A stretch of DNA of 64,000 nt, taken from assembly GCA_051362555.1 (NCBI GenBank), contig CM120640.1, forward strand, positions 47,346,788 to 47,410,787, read 5' to 3'. The DNA comes from Lingula anatina (Eukaryota > Animalia > Brachiopoda). Made by a program: the position numbers and the translations under genes. This document shows, in pieces, positions 53,001 to 64,000 of the stretch. Under the pieces are notes generated by a model. It did no database searches. It was given only the letters and a program-made list of their open reading frames with translations, and was not told the DNA's origin. How positions within the stretch are numbered: position 1 is the stretch's first letter; each line of letters begins with the position of its first letter.

Positions 53001-56000
53001 CAAATGTGCACTGACAATCCCCCAAAGGAAATGGCAATTGCTCAGTGAGCAGTGTTAAGTACAAGTAGTTACTTCTGATAGAGTGAGAAAGACTGTGCTT
53101 TTTTAAACATAGTTTAAAGATGTTATTTCTCATTTCAGATCCCAGAATCCCAGGAGCAATTCACCATCACGCTACTGAGTACGACTGGGGGTGCAAGACT
53201 GGGAACACACAAAACAGCAACACTAAACATTATTAAGAATGATGATGCCATCTACTTCACAGGTCTGTATTGACTTTATGAAACTGAAAAATCTATTGTG
53301 TTGGCCAAATCTTTATCTGTTTGGATAAAAGAAAAGATCTTTTTATCTAAATAGTCAATGAAATGATACACATGGTGTACTGTCACATTCCCTCTGTGTC
53401 AGTAAGTTGTTGTCATCAGATATTCCCTTTTCTGAGATTTGAGGAATAAGTCATTAAATTTCTTCTCCGCAACTTTTAATACACAATCTAGATCATTGAC
53501 ATTGGGGTAGTTTAATGCATGGTAGACTAGAATGTATTATTTCAGGTGTAGGGAAAAAATTGCCTGAATTATTGATTTCTCAAAAACTATCTATCATAAT
53601 TTAATAGAATTTAACTTGAATCTACCTCATAGCATTTCCTATGACACACAAAAATGAAACTCAGTAGCTATATTACTGATGATGATGTGGTAGGCAATAT
53701 ATTTAGTATAGCCTATCCATAATAGAGGAATCAGTGGCAGATTTAGGAAATGTGAACAAATGAAGGAGTATTTCGAGCAAAATTTTGCTTTTTCTTATGG
53801 AATTTTGGTGATTTCTTTTAAAAACTTTAGCTAGCATAATGTGTCAAATTACACAATTAACAAATTTGGTAGTTCCAAGAAGTGTCAATCCTGCATCTGC
53901 CATCTATCCCTTCCCCTCACAAGTTATACCCTTTTATACCCTGTACCATAACACTACCTCTCTTATCACCAGAACAAAGTATGAATATCTCAGTGGCTGA
54001 AGTAACAGGTAACATGGTTGTTTGAGTGCATGCTTTACAGTATTTACAGGGGAGCAGTTTTAACAAGAGCACCAGTTTTTATCCATTAGTGCATGTTTTC
54101 AATGTAGTAACAAGTCTATTTTTGAATGTGGGCCATGCTCAACAATTTATTTTTGAACTCTCTTTAAAAGACACTAATATCTTAATTTAACCATATGTTG
54201 CAAAAATTCTAACACAGATGGTGGAGATGTTTTATACTCTGCGAGTAAATTTAGAATTTCCACAAGGTTGAGCTTGGTTTTATTTTAAGCTGCCATAAAC
54301 AAGATAACTTTAAGTAAAAAAATTCGATGATTGAATATGTTGAAAATCAATTCACTAAACTTTGCTTCAGTTTCATGCACTTTTTGCATGTCACCATGAG
54401 GCACAAATATATGTAGTTATTTTTATGTACAGACACAGATGTGTCTGTACATATAGCCATCATCTGCGTCTGTCGTCATCGCCGTCGTCGCCGTCGGTGC
54501 CGTCGTCGCCGTCGTGCACTTTTACCGATAACACGATAAGTGGAAAACCGTTTTTGCTTTTGGCTTGAAACTTACAGAACTGATGAATATTCATAATATG
54601 CAGGTCAAGTTCGAAAATCAGCATGATCGGGCCATTTTTAGGGAAGTTATGCTGTTTTTTCACTTTTTTCAGAATATATGCAGCACCGATAACACGATGA
54701 GTGGAAAACGATTTTACTTTTTGGCTTGAAACTTACAAAACTGATGAATATTCATAATACGCAGGTCAAGTTCGAAAATCAGCATGATCGGGCCATTTTT
54801 AGGGAAGTTACACTGTTTTTTCACTTTTTTCAGCATATATGCAACACCGATAACACGATAAGTGGAAAACCGTTTTACCTTTTGGCTTGAAACTTACAGT
54901 ACTGATGAATATTCATAATACGCAGGTCAAGTTCAAAAATCAGCTTGATCGGGTCATTTTTAGGGAAGTTACGCTGTTTTTTTCACTTTTTTCAACATAT
55001 ATGCAACACTGATAACACAATATAAGAAAAACAGATAGACCAATTGTCATTATACTTACATGAGTGGTCAATCTTACTAAAACGCAGCTTGAGTTTGTAA
55101 ATCAGCATAATCGGGCCATTATTTTAGAAGTTATGCTGTTTTTTCACATTTCCTCAGATTCAATTCTTAAGCATGTTAACAGTCTCATTATTTAACTAAT
55201 AAGATACGTAAAAGTGTTTGTTTGATATTTCCTGCATCTTTACAACATAGTTAGTTGATTATGTAAAAATGATGGTAAACTTGTTATCGTGTATTGTGTA
55301 ATAAAGTGTCAAAAATGGAAATAAACTCATATCATTGCAGTTTGTAAGATTCAATCATCAACTATGTTCAGAATCTCAGAATGGAGGAAATAGGACGTTT
55401 AACACTGTTCTATTGATATTTTTCCCATCTCATCAATTTTCTTAGTTGGTCATATAAAAATGGCAGTAAACTGTTTATTTTATGTTAAAAAAGTGTTAAA
55501 AATGGAAATAAACCCATTCCAGAACAGTGCTGTCTTGTTTACATTTTGGCATTTTTAAGATGTGACTTTGAAGTTCCATGAGCCTGCAGACCTTTGCTAG
55601 TCACATTTTCTGAATATCCATGATATTAATATTTTATGATCAAAAATTGATGGTCATTATGCTGTTAAACATTATGTAATATTGCATCAAAATTTGAAGG
55701 AACCCCTATTTTGGGCACTGCTCCCATGATGACCATTTAAAGAAAATCATGTCACTCACTGTTATCAAACTTACAGGAAAGAAACATGGGACTAAAATTC
55801 AGCTTCAGTAGGCAATGCAGTCTGTTTGGTAATTTTTACTGGCAGTTAAACAGTTTTTTGTGAAAATTTAATTTTTTTCTTATTTGCATTTTCAAGGTGT
55901 GACTTTGAAGTTCCATGATCCTGAAGACCTTTGCTTGTCATGTTTTATGAATGACCATGATACAAATATTCTATTATTATAAATTGATCGTCATTATGTA

Positions 56001-56949
56001 ATGTTGCATCAAAATAGAAGAAAACACAATTTTTGGTGCTGCTGCCATGATGACCATTATGGAAAAACTGTGTTACTTATGACTGTCAAACCTTTAAAAA
56101 AAGAAACACTGGACTAAAATGCAGCCTGAGTTGGAAAAGCAGTCTTATTGGCTTCTTTTTCTGGAAGTTATACATTTTAGTGAAATATTCATTATCTTTT
56201 TGGCATATTCATTGTGGGACTCGGAGCTCCCATGGACATGAAGCCGAATGGTAATCAAATTTTCTACATTGCTATTTATAGTCAATAATCAAAAATTGGT
56301 GATAATTATTCTATAATTTATTATGTAATGTGACATCAAAATTGACAATCTTTTTGCACTGCTACTGCAAACATTATGAAAAGGAAACTGTGTTATTTAT
56401 TATTATTTTTAACTTACTAGTATGATTTTTAGGATTGGCATGCAGTTCAAATTAGAAAGCTAGGTCAATTGGGTAATCATTTATTATTGAATTTATGCAA
56501 TTTTGTGTGAAATTTTCATTTTTCTCATTCTGACACTTTTTAAGTATAAACTTGAACTCTGATGGGCCTGAAGGCTTATGTTTTTACTTTTGTTGGTGTT
56601 ACCTGTTGTGCATAATTAAAATTTGATGTTGACTGTGCAGTTAAACATGTATTATTGCATCAGAATTAGTAGTCTCCTATTTTGTGCATTATTGTTTTGT
56701 GCTTTTCTTAAGATGTGACTTATGGGCCTGAAAGGCCTTTGAGAGGGTCAGTCTGTAAATTTCCCTTGGGTATCACTAAGCTAATTTTAGAGTAATAAAA
56801 TTATTTGCCTAATTAATTATTAATAGGCCATTAAATGAGATTACATAAAGCACACTTGTTGATAACTCCCTGTAAACTCCCAAAGGTTAAGCTCTCTGCT
56901 AGATTAATAATAAGGAAGCAGTGATTATTATGGAGGTAAATTATGCAGG

Positions 56950-57040
<91 letters not shown>

Positions 57041-60000
57041 AACACGAAGATAAAAAGTTTGAATAGCAGCATCATTGGAATTATATTTACCTCAGGCTCT
57101 GCCAAGGAGGTTACATTTTCACCCCTGTTTGTCTGTCATCAACATAACTCAAAAAGTTATGGACCGATTTCTCTGAAATTTTCAGGAACTGTCAGAAGTG
57201 GGCCAATAATTAGTTTTTTGGTGGTGGTCTGGCTCAATTATCAATCAATAATCAATAATAATCAACAATTGCTGCCTTGGCAGAGGTCTGCACTCTCGAA
57301 ATGCTTTTCTAGTTTTGTTATGTTTTCCTTTATAATTTTTTCTCAAACACTTGCATTTGTGATTTTTAACTCTCATCCGCCTGAGTCTCTGCACATTTTC
57401 TGTATTTCCACATAAGCAGTTGTATTGTTTTTTATGTCTTTAAACATTATGTTACTTATGTAATATTATTTTATGCACTGTCATCATTTTTCAAATATTG
57501 AGACTTTCATCATGTGACTTTGGTCTCTCATGGTCCTGAAACTGTAATCTTATTGAAGGGGTGGATTGAGACCATCTTCTGGGTCTTCCAGAAGGCAGTC
57601 AGGTTATTATGTTTATATTGACTGGTATCTTTTTTTCTGTTGGAAGACCATCAAAATGGAGGATGGATCAACATAGATACTTTGGAATAATGTCAGAAAA
57701 TATCTCAGGGTCCGCTCCTGTTACTGACCATGTTACCTGTTGTGCATGATTAAAATTCAGTGTTGACTGACAGTTCTATAATAAGCATTATTTATTATTG
57801 CATCAAATTGACAAAATGACCTTTTCTTTCTGTTTTTTGTCTGTACATTTGACAGCTTTGCTGCCTTGTTAATCACTGAATCTTTAATGAAAATTTTTTT
57901 GTTTATATATATGTTTTAAATGATGAAATTGATATGGTGCTAGTAAAAAGGCTACATTGTAATATGATGGAGTTGTTTTAACAGTGAATCTAATTTGTCT
58001 GATTGTGATGTCCTTGTCTCAGGCCATCATATGATAATCCTGAATCCTGAGTACCTGCACATCTTAGCTGTTGTTCAGTATTTTGATTTCTAACATCTAT
58101 TAATTTTTTATGGTGATCTTAAAATAGACATTCTGAAAATGTAAAAAATGAAACTGCACAAAATTTTGCACATAATTCACTGTAGCACACTTTATTTTGG
58201 TAGAGTTGATGGAGTGCTTTTCTTTCAGGTGAATGGCGGAAAAATATTTTTATCTTTTTTCTTTTCCTAAATTATGGGCTTGAATAGGAAATATGCTAAC
58301 TTACCTTTACATAATGCAAAATGAAAAAAATGTCTTGTAGGCTGCAAGCATTTGGCTGCATTAGAATTTTCAGCTTAAACCAGGATTGAAAAAATTGATC
58401 ATTGCAGTGTTAGATGTTAGGTTACATTAAATTCAGTAAAAGATGCTGAATCAAAGTAATAAAGTTTGCTTTGGGCATATGTTAACCAGTAGACTTGATT
58501 GAATATTGACAATTATTTGTCAGTTTGCTGTGAACTAATAAGATAATACATAATAATAATAAATTTAAAAAAGGGTCAGTACACAAAACATTGAATATGT
58601 ATTTTACAAGACACTATTAGTAAGTAAACATTAGTCTTCCTGTAATAATGGAATAATTAACAAGACCCAAGTGTGACAATGACATATAGATAGATAATTT
58701 AAAAATGGCTGTCTATTATGATGAAAGCACCATTTTTCTCACATTTCCAGATCCGTCACTACTTGTACAAGGTGGAGAAGTAACCCTTACTGTAGTGAGA
58801 GATGGACCTGCAACCTCTCAAGTCACTGTCAAGTACCGCACTATAGATGGCAGTGCTAAGGCGGGGGAGGGTGACTACGATGCTATTAGTGGGAACACTT
58901 TGACCTTTGCCCCTGGTCAGAATAGGACTACTTTCACTGTGTTCATTAATGATGATGATGTTCCAGAAACACAGGAGTATTTCCAAGTAGAACTATTTGA
59001 TCCGCAGGGTAATTTTATATTTGAGAATATGTAGCATTCTCAGGGGCAGGTCCAGAGCTATTTACTGACAGTCTTCCAAATATCTTTGTTGATTCATCCT
59101 CCAATTTTGACCGTCTTCCAACAGAAAAAATTAGATACCCGTCAATGTAAACTTGAAAATCTGACAGTCTTCCAGAAGACCCAGAAGACGGCTTAAATCC
59201 GCCACTGATTCTTAATTTTCATGTGTGACTAAGACCTGTATTCAGAAAGCTCACTCTTACCCATACATCACTCATACTCAGATAAGTGAACTTTGCCGAA
59301 GTTTATTGTTCATGTTTTTTTATATTTGATTCTGTGACCCAAAATAAATTTTTTAAGTACATTTGGTGCAAAATGTAACAAAGATTTGGTCTGTTAACAA
59401 AGAAAGAAAGAAAGACTTTAAAGAGAACAGCAAGATAAAGATTTGTTCTCCCTCCCCAGGAGATGCTGTGGTGTATTCTAATCATGTGGCTACCATCACT
59501 ATCAAGGCGAATGACCAGGCCAATGGAGTGTTCAGTTTCAGCCCACCGTTGACTAGAACCATTGAGGAAGGAGAGCCTGCAGCCTTTGAGTAAGTAGTAA
59601 AGTGCAGTATTTATTTTTATGACTTGTGTTTTTTAATAGACAAGTAGAAGTCAAGCTCTTGTGCACACACTTAAGTATGCACACATTTCAACATCCCCTA
59701 AGTTTATTGTGATTAAATTATTAAGCTCTATTCAATTTAATTAGATTCTATTAAATTGTGTATTTTTTCCACCAAAAATTTTATTTAAATAGACTGTATT
59801 TTCTTCAATTTTCCTGTTTCAGTCATATTAATAATGGAGGATTATTAAAAATGTTTTAGAAGATTGCCAATCTTAATTATGTAGATATATATTAATTTTT
59901 AAATTTTTCATTAATTTGTCTAATATGTCATTTTTCAATTGCCAGAGTGAGAAGATCCAGAGGTCTATTTGGCCAAGTCAATGTCCAGTGGGAGATCATA

Positions 60001-63000
60001 GACAGCTCTACCCAGCAGAGAGTACCTGATAACCAGGACTTCCAGGCAACCAATGGACAGGTCACCTTCAATGACCAGGAGGAGAGGAAGAATATCATGA
60101 TCACTGCTCTGGCTGATGGAGAACCAGAGCATATGGAGACATATGCTGTGAGGTTGACTGCTGTCACTGGTAAGGACTTTGATAAAAGAGTGTGCCAGTT
60201 GTAATATTTTGCTTGTAAGCGTGTGGAGCAAGAAATGTACTTTTTTTCTGTGAGGACACTCTTGAATATGGGGAATGTTTGACTGAGAACATAGGGACAT
60301 ATATGTACAGGGTTGTATTGCTAGTATAACTCCTGGTACAGGTAAAAATTGCACTGACAGATTGGTCAGAATTCAAGTTTTTTATTATATTAGGATTGTT
60401 TTGAGATTATTACAATAGGAAACATGCTAAATGTATCTTAATTTTTTTTCTCCATTATTTTTAAGGTGGTGGTCCAAATGACGAGGTTCCCCTATTAGCC
60501 AGTCAAAATCTGCAAGTGGCCATTCAAATAGATGCCAATGATGACCCCTATGGAGTGCTGGGATTTTCTGCAGCATCCAGGGAGAAGGACATTGCTGAAG
60601 ATTTCTACCCTGGCCAGGAAGCTACAACAAGAGCCACTTTCACAGTGGAGAGAGCACAGGGGCTGTTTGGAGCTGTGGAGGTAAATACCAGTAGATGCCA
60701 TTGATGGCCATGTTGGGATTTTGCACATTTGAGTGACAGAAATTACAAAAAATCAGATGGCCTAAAATCTTTGGTTCAAGACCAAGAGTGACCTATAAGT
60801 GCAATTTGACCACATCTGCTTAGTTAATTTAGTTGTGATGCTCATAGATATGATAGAAACTAAAATATACCCTTCTAGTACATATTACTTTAATTTTGGT
60901 ATGTGCTGGTATGTCCAAAAATTAATTTCAAAAATACATGACTGAACTTTTTGTCAACAGGTTGTGTGGCAGATATTCTCTGATGCTCTAGCAGGGACAC
61001 TGCCAGAGATGAAGGACCTGCTGTTCTTGGGGACACGGGGACCTGGTGTCACAGAGGTTCCTGATAGGAGACGTCCTGGCACCCAGACCATGGTCTTACA
61101 GTTCACTGGGAACTCTGGTAGATATGAAGTTCTCCCAGATACTAATGGTTTTTATGAGATATCTGCTCAGTATACATTTGGCTGTAGTATGTGTATATAT
61201 ATGCAGATTGCAACATTTTTGTGGCTATGTCAGTTGATTATTGTTGTACAGTTTCTATTTGTATACAATGGCTCACAGTGCAGGAAACTTAAATTTGGAG
61301 GGAATTGGATTCCTTAAAATTCATTGATTAAGTAGAAATAAGGGGCAAATAAATGTTGAATTCATATAAATTGTGCAGAGGAATATAGGATCAGGCAAAT
61401 TATGGTAATGTGGATGTGCAAGAATGGTTTTTTGAGTGATAATTTTCTTTTTCAAAGAGGAGAACCTATGTCCCAAACTGAACATGGCTTGTATGCAATG
61501 ATCCTGCAACTGTATTGTTATCATTAATCTCATTTTCTGGTCAAAGCATTGCTGACACAGATGATTTAATTAAAATATGCCCAATCATCTTTCCAGGTGC
61601 CTATGTCACTATTCCCTCAGAGAACCAACCCAGTATAAGTGACATGCAAGATGGATACACCCTCAGTGCCTGGATCCAGCCTGCAGCCAATGACAGAGGA
61701 TTCATTCTCTGTAAATCTTCCTCTACACTGAACGACAGGCGTTTCTATGGCATGGCCGTCAGCACCAATGCAACTGCTACACAAGTTGAATTTCATTACT
61801 CAGTTAGTATTAATAAGACTTTTGTAAGTTTTATTTTGCTTTTGTTTTTTTTTGCTGTGATGGCCACTGTACATGCTCATTGATGTATCTCAAAGAATGA
61901 TATCAATTTCTACTTTGATATGTTATGTATAAACTTATTATAGATTTATTGATTGCAAAGTAGTCTCTTGTCTTTTGCAGTTGGAGTTTCATGTTAACAC
62001 AAGCTCCCCTTTAATAACCAATTTATTGTCCAATAATTTATTATCCATTATTGAACCTGTCTTGCAAATCACTTTTTTAGAACACTGCCCAGAACATGAT
62101 GGCTCATGTGTCCAGTTTGGTGGTCACTCAGGATGGACAGTGGCATTTACTGATAGTGGCTGTGGGCAATGGAAATGTCCAGTTCTATGTAGATGGGAAT
62201 CTTCAAGGAACAAGGTTAGATTAAGATAAAACCTAGGATGTAAGAATAAGTAATATTTACATAAATTATAAAGAATGGTTTGAACAAATGAATGCATTAT
62301 TAAGTAAATGAATTTAAATTGTTATTTCAGAACAATCAATACCAATGACCTCCAAGATGGCCCAGGTAATTTATTAGTGGGAGCTCTGCCACCAGGATCC
62401 ACACTGTATGGTGGGCTGATGCAGGATGTCAGGATTTACACAAGAAAGTTATTGCCTGGGTAAATCTTCAAAAATCTACATATCTGTATTAATCATATAA
62501 ATCATATTGGGAGTATGATGTTTTAGCGATCAAGAAAAACTCACTGATCAGCAAATGTACGAATGAAGTGGTGATTATGTGAAAATAATTTGATTACAAC
62601 ATGTTATTTAGGTGTTTTCATATATTATATAGTAAGAGCTGCTTCTAAAAGTTTGATCTCTACTTGTCATCAGTGTAGTTATTTGAAGCAGAAAAATTCT
62701 GGAAAGGTTTCAAAAGAGCATGTGAATTAGCATGAAAAGCCACAGTTTTTGATTTTCTAAAGTAATAAAGAAAAAGATTGGTGAGATCTTGCGTTCAAAG
62801 CAAAATACTTAATCGAAGTGTTTTTCAAAACTGGTTTCATACCTACAAGAAATATATGAAATTAAATTCCAAATATACTGGTATATTATGTTTTCCAGTG
62901 AAATTCAAACTCTTTACACCTCGCCATCTGACAAAGATGTGACTCCCATTTCTGGCTATCTGGTCTTTAACCAAGGAACAAAAGAGGGCAGCATTCAAGT

Positions 63001-64000
63001 GTCTTCAAAACAGGATGTTGAGGAGGAAAGCAATGAAGTTTTCACTGTGAAACTCATCTCAGTTAAAGGTGGTGCCAGGATCTCCAATCAGGGTGCTGCT
63101 GGAAAACTCACAGGTTTGTGGACAGCAAATGCAGGACATCAAAAGAATATCAATTTATATATCTATAGTCATTTGTTTTTGTTTTCCCCCTAAGATTCCT
63201 GACAGTTGTTCTTGTGTTATCTCAAACTGAATACATATTCCAAATTTTGCAGAGTTAAATATTAGAATATGTAATATCTCAAATCTAGATTTTTTCAAGT
63301 ATGCCTGGACCAGTGGTGAACAGTTCACAAATCGGCCCTTGACTCTTATTGTTTTTTTCCACCTAGTGTTAAAGAGTGACAATGCAAATGGCCTGTTCAG
63401 TTTTGCTGGTCCCTGTATGCCGTCAAGGGCTGGAGAAGGTGTCAGCGTCCGTTGTCGTATTGAGCGTCACAGAGGGGATGCTGGAACTGTCAATGTCAAC
63501 TGGGAAATAAGGCAAGATCTAGGAAATGGCACCACCATTCCTGCACCATCAGATTTCTCCCATTATAATGGACAACTGACATTTATTCCTGGGGACAGGG
63601 TTAAGGTAAAGAAAGAATTATTTCATTTTTACGACATTTGATGACATTTGATGGAACATTTGTGAATAGACAGTTTAAACTGTCCAACAAAAATTATTCA
63701 AAATAACAAGTCAGACAAAGAACACTGTATTAATGGACTCTTTTGGTCTTTTTTTCTTCCAGAACCTCATCTTCACTGTCACCAATGACAATATCCCAGA
63801 GCTGATAGAAAACTTTAATGTGTTACTTACATCAGTAATGTCAGATGACGGAATTATTGGCACCACTAACACCAGTGGAGCTAGTATAGATCCTGCTCTT
63901 CAGATGAACAGAATTTCTGTGAATCAGAGTGATTATCCATATGGACTGCTTCAGTTCTCAACAGGGGCGCCACCATCACAGTCAGATCAGATGATTCTGC
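35034..64000 (+). CDS. ADGRV1: Adhesion GPCR V1 (VLGR1/GPR98) orthologue, 5' part (about 1715 codons; continues beyond window)
   Basis: Signal peptide MTVHPSLLTVLLLSLLCPSVG is followed by tandem Calx-beta repeats (DDxPExxExF, ANDDAxGxF). A LamG/pentraxin-like domain (YTLSAWIQP, WHLLIVAVGNGNVQFYVDG, GLMQDVRIYTR) starts near aa 1330, as in vertebrate ADGRV1. Phase-checked exons: 35034-35222, 38282-38545, 43130-43231, 43557-43667, 44872-45000, 46255-47037, 47436-47547, 47824-47970, 48270-48418, 48985-49126, 49577-49791, 51594-51782, 52142-52292, 52567-52760, 53139-53262, 58751-59008, 59460-59589, 59946-60169, 60466-60680, 60961-61117, 61597-61802, 62081-62214, 62331-62459, 62899-63113, 63367-63605, 63763->64000. 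Confidence 0.93.
47651..47699. repeat. Short tandem duplication containing palindrome GTTACATATGTAAC
   Basis: GTTACATATGTAACAGCTACATTA occurs twice in tandem. Confidence 0.85.
48602..48759. mobile_element. ~158-bp MITE with ~38-bp TIRs
   Basis: The left end ACCTGGTCTCCGTAACTCGAAAGCATCGTGAATTGCGA matches the reverse complement of the right end, ACCAGGGCTCCCTAACTCTAAAGCATTGCGAATTGCGA. It retains CpGs inside a CpG-poor intron. Confidence 0.85.
53733..53903. mobile_element. Possible decayed CAGTGGCGGA-type MITE
   Basis: CAGTGGCAGATTTAGG ... CCTGCATCTGCCA form imperfect inverted ends about 170 bp apart. No clear TSD. Confidence 0.4.
56954..57038. repeat. (TA)n microsatellite, about 42 units, inside HINE copy 2
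   Basis: Directly visible; it produces the spurious YIYIYI ORF. Confidence 0.97.
57086..57314 (+). mobile_element. Small second-family HINE/DINE-like element nested in HINE copy 2
   Basis: It opens TTTACCTC(AGGCT)CTGCCAAGGAGGT and has the 3' inverted sub-TIR CCTTGGCAGAGGT, a GTTT/GTCT remnant, ATAACTCAAAAAGTTAT, and a 3' hairpin ending CTAGTT. Confidence 0.75.
57556..57720. mobile_element. ~165-bp MITE nested in HINE copy 2 at the same site as in copy 1
   Basis: Near-identical to 9909-10071, with flanks TTATTG and TTACTG. Confidence 0.8.
59041..59207. mobile_element. Free-standing 167-bp MITE with CAG termini and a 5-bp TSD
   Basis: TIRs CAGGGGCAGGTCCA and TAAATCCGCCACTG, with ATTCT duplicated at 59036-59040 and 59208-59212. 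Confidence 0.85.

Larger units (their letters stand above)
54420..57870 (+). mobile_element. HINE copy 2 in ADGRV1 intron 15, with nested insertions
   Basis: Same termini and body as 7568-10233, with 161-bp units at 54524, 54685, 54846 and 55008, and T-rich junctions at both ends. Confidence 0.87.

Noticed and set aside
54524-55010. Regularly spaced repeats as a CRISPR array
   Set aside because: They are contiguous 161-bp tandem units with no unique spacers and no cas genes, in a eukaryotic intron.
56921-57415. 164-aa ORF with a YIYIYI run
   Set aside because: It is an artefact of (TA)n plus nested repeat sequence.

Overview
AT-rich, intron-rich animal DNA, probably from a lophotrochozoan such as a mollusc (inferred from gene content and repeat types). 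I assembled four genes by hand using splice sites and phase checks. (1) The 3' part of a + strand aldo-keto reductase (AKR)-fold gene, 1-2341, with an N-terminal extension and no catalytic Tyr or His. (2) A complete 42-exon TTC37/SKIC3 gene, + strand, 4354-23350, about 1537 aa, with one GC-AG intron. (3) A complete SIRT6 gene, - strand, 25985-23707, about 413 aa, tail-to-tail with TTC37. (4) The first ~1715 codons of ADGRV1/VLGR1, + strand, from 35034 to the window end (signal peptide, Calx-beta repeats, LamG domain), probably head-to-head with SIRT6. Introns hold two copies of a ~3 kb Helentron-type non-autonomous element (HINE) with internal tandem arrays and nested passengers, several MITEs, a fold-back element and microsatellites. 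I found no prokaryotic-type systems, CRISPR arrays, rRNA or tRNA. The best novelty candidates are the pseudo-AKR fusion protein, the nested HINE, and a splice-donor pentamer array in SIRT6.
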